Assembly (NCBI GenBank): GCA_039588295.1
Contig: JBDHAB010000015.1
Location: forward strand, 1-64,000
DNA length: 64,000 bases
Direction: 5' to 3'
Source: Gemmatimonadota bacterium
GTDB taxonomy: Bacteria; Gemmatimonadota; Gemmatimonadetes; Gemmatimonadales; GWC2-71-9
In this document: in pieces, positions 39,248 through 49,089 of the stretch
Numbering within the stretch: the stretch's first letter is position 1
Layout: each line of letters begins with the position of its first letter
Position numbers and translations under genes: made by a program
The notes under the pieces: model-generated
Told to the model about the DNA's origin: nothing
Databases searched by the model: none
The model's input: the letters and a program-made list of their open reading frames with translations, nothing else

Positions 39248-40528
39248 ATGGGTGAGGCATCCCACCACCGTGTTGTGAATTTCTGGTCCGCTTTCGGACC
39301 GGGACTGCTCTGGGCCGCCGCCGCGATCGGGGTGTCGCATCTCGTGCAGTCCACCCGGGCGGGAGCCGAAGCCGGTCTCGGCCTGGCTGGGGTGATCCTC
39401 CTAGCGCTGATCCTCAAATACCCCTTCTTCGAGTACGGACCGCGCTACGCCGCCGCCACCGGCATGAGCCTCGTGGAAGGCTATCGCCACATCGGCCGCT
39501 GGGCACTGTGGCTTTACTTCTTTATCACGGTCACGACGTCGGTCGTGATTCAGTCCGCCATCATCCTGTTCACGAGTTTCCTGCTCAACTACGCCTTCGA
39601 CCTCAACTGGCCGCTGCCGGTGATGGGAGGCGTGGTGCTCATGGGATGCGCGTTGGTTCTGTGGATCGGGCAGTTTCCCCTGCTGGACAGAACCGTCAAG
39701 GTGGTCATGGTGATTCTGGCGGTCTCGACGGTCGTGGCGGCGGTGGTGATCCTAGGACGGGTGGATGGATCGACGTTGGCGCTCGTGCCTGAGATCGGGC
39801 TGGGGGAAGGCGCGGTCTCGTTCGCCTTTCTTCTGGCACTGGTCGGCTGGATGCCGTCCGCGATCGACATCGCCGTGTGGAGCTCGCTGTGGACGCTGGC
39901 GAAGAACCGGGCGATGGGGGATAGGGTGGACGTGGCCACAGCGCGGCTCGACTTCGGGATTGGCTACGCCGGCACGGGGTTTCTGGCATTCTGCTTCCTG
40001 ATCCTTGGGGCGGGCGTGATGTTCGGGTCGGGGACGTCGTTCAGCGGGGCGGGCACGGTGTTCTCCACTCAGCTCGTGCACCTCTATAGTGCGGCGCTCG
40101 GGGCATGGGCGCGCCCCATCGTGCTGGTCGCCGTGCTCACGACGATGCTCTCGACGTCGATCACGGTGGTGGATGGTTTCCCCAGGGCCATCGAGCGCAC
40201 GATCGTCAACCTCCGTCCCGGCCACACCGACGAGCGTGGCGTTCCAGCGGCCGGTACGATCTACTGGGTGGCGTTGCTCGCCCTGGGGTTCCTCACCGTC
40301 GCTGTCCTGCAGCTGTTTGTCGGCAACCTCACCACAATGGTCGACTTCGCGACCATCGTGTCGTTCCTTACGGCACCAGTGCTTGGGTACCTCAACCTTC
40401 GGGCGGTCACGTCAGAGGACGTGGCGCCGGCAGATCGGCCGAGCGCCCGGATGCTCGTGTTGTCCTGGATCGGGCTGGTGTTGTTGGGTGGCACCGCGAT
40501 GGTCTATCTGGTATCCCGGGTGTGGTGA
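39248..40528 (+). CDS. NRAMP-family divalent metal cation transporter-like protein
   Basis: GPGLLWAAAAIGVSHLVQSTRAGA, KYPFFEYGPRY, GWMP, DGFPR; about 11 TM helices. Confidence 0.85.
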   Translation: MGEASHHRVVNFWSAFGPGLLWAAAAIGVSHLVQSTRAGAEAGLGLAGVILLALILKYPFFEYGPRYAAATGMSLVEGYRHIGRWALWLYFFITVTTSVVIQSAIILFTSFLLNYAFDLNWPLPVMGGVVLMGCALVLWIGQFPLLDRTVKVVMVILAVSTVVAAVVILGRVDGSTLALVPEIGLGEGAVSFAFLLALVGWMPSAIDIAVWSSLWTLAKNRAMGDRVDVATARLDFGIGYAGTGFLAFCFLILGAGVMFGSGTSFSGAGTVFSTQLVHLYSAALGAWARPIVLVAVLTTMLSTSITVVDGFPRAIERTIVNLRPGHTDERGVPAAGTIYWVALLALGFLTVAVLQLFVGNLTTMVDFATIVSFLTAPVLGYLNLRAVTSEDVAPADRPSARMLVLSWIGLVLLGGTAMVYLVSRVW

Positions 40529-40606
40529 TGGGGCGGCTGACCCGTTGAGTGATGCCTTCGGGTGTCTATTCTTACCGACCAAATCACCGGCCATAGGGAG
40601 TCTTCG

Positions 40607-41056
40607 ATGAAACTTGCACGCCCGTTTGCCGTGGCGGCCTTGGGAATGACGCTCGCCGTCGCGTGCGGTGACGATGGCCCAGGCGTGGTAACGCTCGACG
40701 ATCTCGTCGGAACCTGGAACGCCACCCAGTTCGAGCTGACGAACCCTGCCGATCAGGCGCAGAGTTTCGACTTCATCCAGAACGGCGGGACTGTAACGCT
40801 CACGATCGCCGCGAATGGGGCGTTCAACGGTGAGCAAACCCTGTTCGGGTTCACCGACACCTTTGGAGGGATGGTTGTTATCTCGGGTAACAGAATGACG
40901 GTCACCGATACGCAGGACCCGACGGAAGTCACGGTGTTCACGTTCTCGCTATCGGGCAACACGCTGTCGCTCACGTCCACTGATATCGAGTGGGACTGGG
41001 ACAACGACGGTAACGATGATTCGGCGACGTTGGACGGCACCATGGTGCGGCAGTAG
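40607..41056 (+). CDS. Lipocalin-like lipoprotein
   Basis: Lipobox LAVAC; LVGTW motif; beta-rich; GGGAG SD before ATG 40607. Confidence 0.75.
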   Translation: MKLARPFAVAALGMTLAVACGDDGPGVVTLDDLVGTWNATQFELTNPADQAQSFDFIQNGGTVTLTIAANGAFNGEQTLFGFTDTFGGMVVISGNRMTVTDTQDPTEVTVFTFSLSGNTLSLTSTDIEWDWDNDGNDDSATLDGTMVRQ

Positions 41057-41146
41057 GGCTCCATTGAGAGGACGAACGTAGGACGAGCGCCTCATCCGGG
41101 TGTGCCGGGTGAGGCGCCGCTCTTTGCGGGTCCCAGGGGCTCGCGA

Positions 41147-42658
41147 CTAGGAGGGGCGGCGAGGCGGCACCATGTCGGCCATGAGCCGGTCCGTGTCCTC
41201 GGGCGGCCGAGTGAGCCAACTCACCAATACCGTCATGAAGAGCGACGCAGCGAACGCGGGGATCAGCTCGTACACCAGTCGTTCCAGCACGGGCACGTTC
41301 TCCCACACGAACGTCACGATGGTTCCCGTCACGAGGCCGGTGATGACTCCGGCTCGGGTGGTCCGGCGCCAGTAGAGCGCCAGGATCGAGGTCGGGCCGA
41401 TGGCGGCGCCCACGCCGGCCCAGGCGAACAGCACGAGCCAGAACACCAGTTGTTCGGCCAGCACGCCGAAGACGAGCGCGGCCGCCACAAGCACCGCCAC
41501 CATGATGCGGCTCAGCAGCACGAGACGTTGCTGCGGCACCATCTCGCCGCGGTGCAGGATCTTCTCGTAGAGATCGCGCACCACGCTGGACGCGGCCACC
41601 AGCAGCTGGGAGTCGGCGGTGGACATGATCGCGGCAAAGATGGACGCCACCACCACGCCGAAGAACACCGGGTGCAGATGCTGCGCCGCGAGGATCGGAT
41701 AGAGCTGCTCGGTGTCGCCGTCCGGCAGCAGGGCGGCGTCGGGGAAGTACACGCGGCCTGCGAGCCCGATGAACAGGGCGCCCCATGCCATCACCACGTT
41801 CCAGATCGTTCCCACCACCGCCGAGTAACGGAGCTGATCGGGATCGGCGATCGACATGTAACGCACGATGATGTGCGGGTTGCCGGGCGAGCCCAGCCCA
41901 ATCCCCAGGAATCCGATCGCGGCGCCGAACGACAGCGCGGCCGGATCGATCGAAGTCGGGTCCAGTGTCTGCAGCTCGACCAACACCTGAGCGAGCCCGC
42001 CGCGATCGATAATCGCGATGAGCGGGACCACGACCAAGGCCACGATCATGATGCAGGCCTGGATCATGTCGGTGCGGCTCACGGCGAGGAACCCGCCCAG
42101 TACCGTATAGAGCAGCACGATTGCCGCGGTGATGAGGACGCCGGTGGTGGGGTCGACCCCGAAGCTTCCGGCGAACGCCTTGCCGCCGCCCACGAACTGG
42201 GCGGACACGTAGCCCACCATGAAGATCAGGATGATCACGATGAGCACGGAGCGGAGGAGGCCGCTCTTGTCGCCGAATCGTGCGGCAAAGAAATCGGGCA
42301 GGGTCACGCAGTCGTGGGCTTCGGCGAAGTGGCGAATGCGCCGTGCATAGAACAGGAAGAGGAACATCTCGGCCGTGATGTAGCCCGTCACGGCCCACAC
42401 TGCGGCGGCGCCCATCGTGTACGCCATGCCCGTGACGCCCAGGAGGAGCCACGCGCTCCGGCCGGACACCACGGCGGAGAGTGCCACCACGAAGCGGTGC
42501 ATCTTGCGCCCACCTATGAAGAACTCGCTCACCCCGCCGGATGAGAAGCGTGCTGAGGCGATGCCGATCCCGATCACCACTACCAGGTAGGCGACGAAGC
42601 TCGCAACCGCGTACGGGTTTGCCGTTACCTGGACCGCGGTGGTGGCGCCCTCCTGCAT
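41147..42658 (-). CDS. putP: Sodium/proline symporter (SSS family)
   Basis: FFIGGR, ALSA...SAWLLLG, YTVLGGFLAVS.TD, GNPHI..RYM, AAIMSTADSQL. Confidence 0.85.
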   Translation of the reverse strand: MQEGATTAVQVTANPYAVASFVAYLVVVIGIGIASARFSSGGVSEFFIGGRKMHRFVVALSAVVSGRSAWLLLGVTGMAYTMGAAAVWAVTGYITAEMFLFLFYARRIRHFAEAHDCVTLPDFFAARFGDKSGLLRSVLIVIILIFMVGYVSAQFVGGGKAFAGSFGVDPTTGVLITAAIVLLYTVLGGFLAVSRTDMIQACIMIVALVVVPLIAIIDRGGLAQVLVELQTLDPTSIDPAALSFGAAIGFLGIGLGSPGNPHIIVRYMSIADPDQLRYSAVVGTIWNVVMAWGALFIGLAGRVYFPDAALLPDGDTEQLYPILAAQHLHPVFFGVVVASIFAAIMSTADSQLLVAASSVVRDLYEKILHRGEMVPQQRLVLLSRIMVAVLVAAALVFGVLAEQLVFWLVLFAWAGVGAAIGPTSILALYWRRTTRAGVITGLVTGTIVTFVWENVPVLERLVYELIPAFAASLFMTVLVSWLTRPPEDTDRLMADMVPPRRPS

Positions 42659-42753
42659 CAGCGCCGTCTGTCTCTCGTAATTCGCGCCAGCACCATCGCA
42701 ACTGCGATGATCGCGGCGGGCAGGGCGAGCATGGTGAGGTAGAAAGAGGTCAT
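42658..42753 (-). CDS. 31-aa single-TM small protein translationally coupled to putP
   Basis: MTSFYLTMLALPAAIIAVAMVLARITRDRRR; its TGA overlaps the putP ATG (TGATG). Confidence 0.6.
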   Translation of the reverse strand: MTSFYLTMLALPAAIIAVAMVLARITRDRRR

Positions 42754-43001
42754 GGGGTCAGGTGCTCTCGGTTTTCAATCCCGACACTCGGCGCCGGAAT
42801 GTGATGTGTTGCGATACTCGGCGCCAGGCTTCTACCAGGTGTCAGAGTTCTCACCAGTGATCGTTGAGCGTACTCGGCCGCGAATGCAAAGATGCAATTG
42901 ATGATCGATTGTGTCGTTGTTCCCCCCACTTTGGCCTAGCGGTGATGCGCGTCGCGCCGTAACGTAGACCGCCACCTTTTCCCTCGAGGGGGGGTGGCGC
43001 G

Positions 43002-45746
43002 ATGGATCTTCTGGAGCGGCTCAGCACGCTCCTCAAAGAACGCTATGAGGTCGAGCGTGAGCTCGGGCATGGAGGGATGGCTGTTGTCTTCCTCGCTCGG
43101 GACATCCGCTATAACCGCCAGGTTGCGATCAAGATTCTTCGTCCCGAGCTGGCTGCGTCGGTCGGCTCCGAGCGATTCCTGCGGGAAATCCAGATCGCAG
43201 CTCAGCTCCAACATCCCCACATTCTCCCGCTGTTCGACTCCGGTGAAGCGAACGGACTGTTGTACTACGTCATGCCATATGTGGAGGGTGAGTCGCTGCG
43301 GAACCGGCTCGGTCGCGAGAAGCAGCTTTCCGTCGATGAGGCCCTCGGGATCGCGAAGAACGTGGCTGACGCGCTGTCGTATGCCAACAGCCGCGGGGTC
43401 ATCCACCGGGACATCAAGCCGGAGAACATCCTGCTATCTGGCGACAACGCGGTGGTCGCTGACTTCGGGATCGCGCACGCGTTCAGCGAGGCGGGCGGTG
43501 AGTCGCTGACCGAGTCCGGTGTGGCCGTCGGCACCCCGGCCTATATGAGTCCGGAGCAGGCCGGAGGCGAAGCGGACCTCGATGCCCGCAGCGATGTGTA
43601 CGCACTCGGTTGCGTGCTCTATGAGATGCTCTCGGGAGAGCCGCCATTCACTGGCCGCACTGCCCAGGCAATTCTCGCTCGCCATCTGCAGGAGCGCGTG
43701 CCTTCGCTGGAGGTTATACGGCCTACTCTACCCTTCTCGGTCGTCGATCTAGTCGAGCGAGCGCTGGCGAAGGTACCGGCCGATCGGTTCCGGACTGCGC
43801 AGCAGGTCGTGGAGGCGATTCGGGTGTGCGAGACTGGGACGGTTCCTCGGCGCAGGTTCCGGCGGACCCGACGAGGCATGGTTTGGGCGGCCGTAGCGGC
43901 TGGGTTCGCCGTTGTCGCCGCGGCGTGGTACCTCGGCGGTCTAGGCGAAGCGACCGGCAACCCAGATTACATCGTCGCGTTCCCGCTCACGGTGACTGGT
44001 GAGCAGTCTGTGGTGAGCGCGGACATGGGCGGAGATGTGGCCATTTATATCGTCGGGCTGCTCGATGGGTGGGGAGCGCTTACGTGGATCAACGGGTCAG
44101 ACTTGGTGGAAGGACCGCCCCAGGGCGGCGAGGGTGACTTATCTGTGCGAGGCATGCGGTCCATCGCCCGCGAAGCTGGTGCAGGCTACTTCGTCACGGG
44201 CCGGCTGATGCTTGTGGGCGAACGCACGACGCTACTACTCGCTCTCTACGATGTCGAGCAGCAACAGCCCGTTCAACGATCCGACACCGCAGGTCCACGT
44301 GTAGCGTACCTCGACCTCGGCCTTGGTGCCGTGGCCCCACTGCTGCTTTCTCTGCTTCCTGCCGAGCAGTCGGTGGATGTTGAGGCCATTGCAGGAAGGA
44401 GCGCAGAGGCAGTGCAGGCCTTCGTGCAGGGGGAGCGGACCTACGGCCAGGGGCGATTCCGCGAGGCCTGGGAGCACTATGACACGGCCCTCGCTGAGAA
44501 CCCGCAGTTTGCGCTCGCGGCCTACAAGGCTGCCAAGGCGGCGGTCTGGCTCGACAGTCTCGGCCAAGGGCGGCGCTTCGTTGAGATCGCCGTAGCACAC
44601 CTTGGCAACCTCCCGCCCCGCGACCAGGACTTGGCCCGGGGGCTCCACTGGTTCATCGAAGGCGATGCCGATTCAGCGCTCGCGTACTTGAAACGTGCCC
44701 GGGATTTGGACGCGTTCAGGCCCGACGTCTGGATGGCGATAGGGCAAGTCTACCGGCATCTGATCCCGATGGAGCCGAGCCAGGACTCCTTGGCACTGGA
44801 TGCGCTCGAGACGGCTCACGGAGTGAGTGCGGCGTTCACGCCCCCCATCGTGGACCTCGCCAAGCATTACGCCAGGGTGGGACGTGTGGCGCAGGCGCGG
44901 GATCTCGTAGAGGAGCTGCGCACGAAGGGGGCTGACACGAGCGATCTCCGCTCGATCGATCTGATGCTACGGTGTGCCACCGATTTGCCGGCGGCGATCG
45001 ACTGGGACGCCGAGGTCCGAGCCGGGATGGACCTCGTGTTTCACGGGTCTCGCTGGTTCGCTATCGGCGCCTCAAACCCGGCGTGTGCCATTGCCGGCTG
45101 GGAGGCCGTGGTACGCGACACGACCGCGCCGGCCGAGTGGCGATTCTCGGGGGCGATAGGGCTGTCGAGCCTGCTTGCCGGCCTCGGGCGCACCACGGAA
45201 CTGGTGGAGTTCCTGGACACCCGCGCACCGTATCCACAAAACCGGTGGCTGTACATAACGGTAGCACTAGCGGGCCTCGACGTCGGGGACCGGGCCGAGC
45301 TGGTTGCAGCCTCGCTGCGGGGTGACCCGTGGGAGGATCAGATTGCACTTCGCCTGTGGTTCCTGGGGCTGTGGGATGCCTCGTCGGGACGGGTCGAGGA
45401 GCTTCGTGCCATCGTCGACGCGCTCGCCGCACGGCTTCACGGGGAGGAAGCCACCCGGCGGGACTCGGTAGTCCACCGATCCCTCATCGCACACCTCGCG
45501 CTTGCAGAGGGCGATACGGCGAAGGCAACTCAGTTGCTCGAGCGCCTGCGCCCCTCGGCTCCCCGTCCCTCACTCACGTGGTCTCCGTGGGAATCCCTGG
45601 GCTATGAGTGGCTCACACTTGCCCGGCTGCTTGAAGCGCAGGGTGACTCGGCAGGCGCCGCGCGCGTGGCCGCCATCGCAGAAGCACCCGGGTCGGCGGC
45701 CAACGTGATGTTCCGCAGGCCACTCAGAGCGCTTCAGGGGCGGTAA
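43002..45746 (+). CDS. Ser/Thr kinase with TM and TPR-like C-terminal region
   Basis: LGHGGMA, VAIK, HRDIKPEN, DFG, GTPAYMSPEQ; TM VWAAVAAGFAVVAAAWYL; TPR-like helices. Confidence 0.93.
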   Translation: MDLLERLSTLLKERYEVERELGHGGMAVVFLARDIRYNRQVAIKILRPELAASVGSERFLREIQIAAQLQHPHILPLFDSGEANGLLYYVMPYVEGESLRNRLGREKQLSVDEALGIAKNVADALSYANSRGVIHRDIKPENILLSGDNAVVADFGIAHAFSEAGGESLTESGVAVGTPAYMSPEQAGGEADLDARSDVYALGCVLYEMLSGEPPFTGRTAQAILARHLQERVPSLEVIRPTLPFSVVDLVERALAKVPADRFRTAQQVVEAIRVCETGTVPRRRFRRTRRGMVWAAVAAGFAVVAAAWYLGGLGEATGNPDYIVAFPLTVTGEQSVVSADMGGDVAIYIVGLLDGWGALTWINGSDLVEGPPQGGEGDLSVRGMRSIAREAGAGYFVTGRLMLVGERTTLLLALYDVEQQQPVQRSDTAGPRVAYLDLGLGAVAPLLLSLLPAEQSVDVEAIAGRSAEAVQAFVQGERTYGQGRFREAWEHYDTALAENPQFALAAYKAAKAAVWLDSLGQGRRFVEIAVAHLGNLPPRDQDLARGLHWFIEGDADSALAYLKRARDLDAFRPDVWMAIGQVYRHLIPMEPSQDSLALDALETAHGVSAAFTPPIVDLAKHYARVGRVAQARDLVEELRTKGADTSDLRSIDLMLRCATDLPAAIDWDAEVRAGMDLVFHGSRWFAIGASNPACAIAGWEAVVRDTTAPAEWRFSGAIGLSSLLAGLGRTTELVEFLDTRAPYPQNRWLYITVALAGLDVGDRAELVAASLRGDPWEDQIALRLWFLGLWDASSGRVEELRAIVDALAARLHGEEATRRDSVVHRSLIAHLALAEGDTAKATQLLERLRPSAPRPSLTWSPWESLGYEWLTLARLLEAQGDSAGAARVAAIAEAPGSAANVMFRRPLRALQGR

Positions 45747-45875
45747 GGGGACAAACCGCAGTGAGCATCACGAGCAAAGCACGAATGGAGTGACAGCGAA
45801 GCTCAAGACGGGCTCGGGAGGTGGGGTAGGCGAGTGGCTCGTTGAGACAGTGGTCGTCAATACAGGGAGGCGGAG

Positions 45876-46088
45876 ATGCCGAAGAAGCTGAAATCAAAGA
45901 AGGAGTATGAGTACGAGCCGCATGTTCCAGGAAAGCCGTTCGGGCCGACGGAGGATCTCGAGCACTGGTCCGTGCTGATGCACGAGTGGGCGAACCAGGT
46001 GAACGATGCAGTGCACAAACTCGAGAAGCACTGCAAGATAGAAAAGAACCCCGACGACCCGCCGGAGCCGCCGTGGGGTTTTGGATAG
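45876..46088 (+). CDS. 70-aa hypothetical protein with a Pro-rich, Trp-containing C-terminus
   Basis: GGGAGG SD; fills the gap between two kinases; charged/helical sequence ending NPDDPPEPPWGFG. Confidence 0.72.
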   Translation: MPKKLKSKKEYEYEPHVPGKPFGPTEDLEHWSVLMHEWANQVNDAVHKLEKHCKIEKNPDDPPEPPWGFG

Positions 46089-46220
46089 GGGCAAATAGGC
46101 CGGCGCCGCTGGATGCGGTAGACCCGATTACCGGCGCGACGCGATTCGCGAGGTCAGGCCTCTAGCCAAGCCCTTCCCCGGGTGGCAAGTTAGACCGCCG
46201 CTTACCTCCCGGGGCTCCGG

Positions 46221-49043
46221 ATGGATCTTCTGGATCGCCTTTCCGCCGTCCTCTCGGGGCGCTATCAGGTCGAGCGTGAGCTCGGGCATGGGGGGATGGC
46301 CCTTGTCTTCTTGGCTCGGGACCTCAAGATCGATCGACAGGTCGCCATCAAGGTTCTGCGTCCCGAATTGACGCAATCCATCGGCGCCGAGCGCTTCGTC
46401 CGCGAAATCCAGATCGCCGCCAACTTGCAGCACCCCCACATCCTCCCGGTATTCGACTCAGGGCAGACGGACGGGCTGTTGTACTACGTGATGCCGTACG
46501 TGGAGGGCGCTACGCTACGCACCCACCTGGAACGCGAGGGACAGCTCTCGATCGAGGAATGTCTCCGCATCACTCGCGAGGTCGCGGAAGGCATCGACGA
46601 GGTACACAAGCACGACATCGTGCATCGCGACGTGAAGCCGGAGAACATCTTCTTATCCGGTGATCACGCCGTGCTGGCGGACTTCGGAATTGCCCACGCG
46701 TATACCGAGGCCGGTGGCGCGACCTTCACCGATTCGGGAATTGCGGTCGGCACACCGCAGTACATGTCTCCCGAGCAGGTCGCCGGTGACCAGCGCATAG
46801 ACGGTCGCTGTGACGTCTATCAGTTGGGGTGCGTGGTCTACGAGATGCTCACCGGCGGACCGCCGTTCGAAGGTCCGACGACTCAGGCGGTCATTCTGAA
46901 GCAACTCCAAGAGCGCGTGCCCTCGCTCGACATTGTCAGGCCCGGAATTCCCGGGGGGATGGTCAAGGCCGTTGAGAAGGCGCTGGCCAAGGTACCGGCC
47001 GACCGGTTTCGAACAGCGCTCGACTTTGCACGGGCACTGGAATCGGGAGCTGAGGTCTCTGCTGCGCCGGGCGGTAAGCGCGCGGTCCGCACCACGGCGA
47101 TAGCCGGAATTGCGCTTGCGGTTGGGTTGCTTCTCGGCTGGCGTCTCCTGTATCCACCGGGGCTGCCGCTGGATCCCAACCGGGTCGTGGTCTTCCCACT
47201 TGCTGAGACTGGACTGCAACGGCTGGAGCCGGGCATTGGCGGTCTGGTCGCGGAGATGATTGGGACGGCGTTGGAGGGAGCGGAAGCGCTGCGATGGACC
47301 TACGGCGGCTCGTGGCTCCAAGGAGAGGAGCGTGGCGATCCCAGCAGAGTGTCAGTCCAATTGGCAGACTCGATCGCAGAGAGGGTTAGGGCGCGGTATC
47401 ACGTGTTGGGGTCGGTCGTGGAACGCGGCGACTCGGCGCACGTGATTCTCCGGCTGCATGACGTCCGGCTGCATGACGAGGTTGACCAGCGGACGGCGCC
47501 GGGACTGGTGCACATCGACTCCGTGGTGCGTTCCGGTTATCGGGCCACCATTGGCATCGTAGCGGACCTGCTCGAAGGAGATCGAGCAGTCGACCTCTCG
47601 GCGGTAATCGAGCGGAACCCGGCCGCAGTGACCCTTTGGATGCGGGGAGATCAAGAGTATCGGCGGTCACGATTCGCTCAAGCGCTTGAGTTCTATCGGC
47701 GCGCGTTGGAGTCCGACTCGCTGCTCGCCATGGCGGCGCTGAAAGGCGCGTTGGCGGCGAACTGGGAGCACCGAAATGACGAAGCCGAGGACCTGCTCGC
47801 GGTGGCACTCAGGCCCACCTCCGGCCTGGCAGAAAACCACGTGCACTTTGCGCTTGGCCTGCAACACTACTTCACGGGGAACGCGGACTCGGCGATCGCT
47901 CGGTTCACGGCGGCGTTAGACCGCGATCCAGACTGGCCTGAAGCCTGGACGGCGCTTGCCGAGACCCACCGGCATCTGCTGGCCGACGGCTCGAATCCGG
48001 ACTCGATCGCGGTGGCGGGCTTCCAGCGAGCTATTGAGGTCGATCCAGAGTTCACCCCGCCGTTGAAGCATCTCGTCGAGTATGCGATTTGGCGTGGAGA
48101 GATCGAACAGGCTGAACGATTTGCGGACCGGTTTCGTGAGGTCGTGCCGGACAGCGCATTGTCGCTCGGGATCGATCTGATGGTTCGGTGTGTGCGCGAC
48201 GGGCCGAGCATGATCGCTTGGGATGGGCTGGCCGCTGTGGAGCCGCTCAGGGTCTTGGAGGCGGCATTCGTCTTCGGTGTCCGCGGCACACATCCGGAGT
48301 GCGCTGAGGTGGCCTATCGCGCGGTACTGGAGTCGGCGAGATCGAGCCGAGAGGTGCGGTTGAGTTGGGGGGCGTTGCTGGGACTGCAGAGTCTTCTTCT
48401 GGCCGTCGGCCGGGTCGACGAGGCGCGACAACTGCTCGATGCCAACGCTGCTGGGTCGTGGCTCTATCTGCTCGATGCTGCCGCGGGGTTTCCGTGTGAG
48501 GACCGTGCGTATGACGTGGCGCGTACCCAAGTCCCGGACTACCGGATCTATGCTGTCCCCACGCTGTGGCTCTTCGGCCAGTGGGTTGCGCGTCGGGACA
48601 GCGCGGCGCTCGTGACCGATATCGCGGCGCTGGTATCCGCGAAGGCCGAGTCCACCCAGACACGGAGAGATCGCCTGGTCGCGAAGATCATGCGTGCCTA
48701 CGCGGCGCTCGCGTCGGCGGATACCACTGCTGCCGTTGGCCGGTTTCAGGACTTGAAACCGACGGGTCGCAAAGCGGACATCCTCTGGGACCCGTGGGAG
48801 TCGCTGGGAGCCGAGCGGATGGTGCTGGCGGAGTTGCTGTTCGGACAAGGCCGGTATGAAGAGGCGTATAACACGGCGGCGCTGTTGGAGCACCCGGAGC
48901 CTGTTCCCTACCTGCTGTACTTCCCGGGGAGTCTCGACCTCAGAGCGCGCGCTGCGGAGGCCATGGGGAGACGAGACGTAGCGGACCGCCATCGCCGGCA
49001 ACTGGAGCAGCTGCGCTCGCCAGCGGGCAGAGGCGGTCGCTAG
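46221..49043 (+). CDS. Ser/Thr kinase with TM and TPR-like C-terminal region (paralog of 43002-45746)
   Basis: Same kinase motifs (HRDVKPEN, DFG); shares FTPP, IDLMxRC and PWESLG with the upstream paralog. Confidence 0.93.
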   Translation: MDLLDRLSAVLSGRYQVERELGHGGMALVFLARDLKIDRQVAIKVLRPELTQSIGAERFVREIQIAANLQHPHILPVFDSGQTDGLLYYVMPYVEGATLRTHLEREGQLSIEECLRITREVAEGIDEVHKHDIVHRDVKPENIFLSGDHAVLADFGIAHAYTEAGGATFTDSGIAVGTPQYMSPEQVAGDQRIDGRCDVYQLGCVVYEMLTGGPPFEGPTTQAVILKQLQERVPSLDIVRPGIPGGMVKAVEKALAKVPADRFRTALDFARALESGAEVSAAPGGKRAVRTTAIAGIALAVGLLLGWRLLYPPGLPLDPNRVVVFPLAETGLQRLEPGIGGLVAEMIGTALEGAEALRWTYGGSWLQGEERGDPSRVSVQLADSIAERVRARYHVLGSVVERGDSAHVILRLHDVRLHDEVDQRTAPGLVHIDSVVRSGYRATIGIVADLLEGDRAVDLSAVIERNPAAVTLWMRGDQEYRRSRFAQALEFYRRALESDSLLAMAALKGALAANWEHRNDEAEDLLAVALRPTSGLAENHVHFALGLQHYFTGNADSAIARFTAALDRDPDWPEAWTALAETHRHLLADGSNPDSIAVAGFQRAIEVDPEFTPPLKHLVEYAIWRGEIEQAERFADRFREVVPDSALSLGIDLMVRCVRDGPSMIAWDGLAAVEPLRVLEAAFVFGVRGTHPECAEVAYRAVLESARSSREVRLSWGALLGLQSLLLAVGRVDEARQLLDANAAGSWLYLLDAAAGFPCEDRAYDVARTQVPDYRIYAVPTLWLFGQWVARRDSAALVTDIAALVSAKAESTQTRRDRLVAKIMRAYAALASADTTAAVGRFQDLKPTGRKADILWDPWESLGAERMVLAELLFGQGRYEEAYNTAALLEHPEPVPYLLYFPGSLDLRARAAEAMGRRDVADRHRRQLEQLRSPAGRGGR

Positions 49044-49089
49044 GGAACTAACGGCCGGTACAGTCGATAGGGTGTTCGACGCCCCGGCA

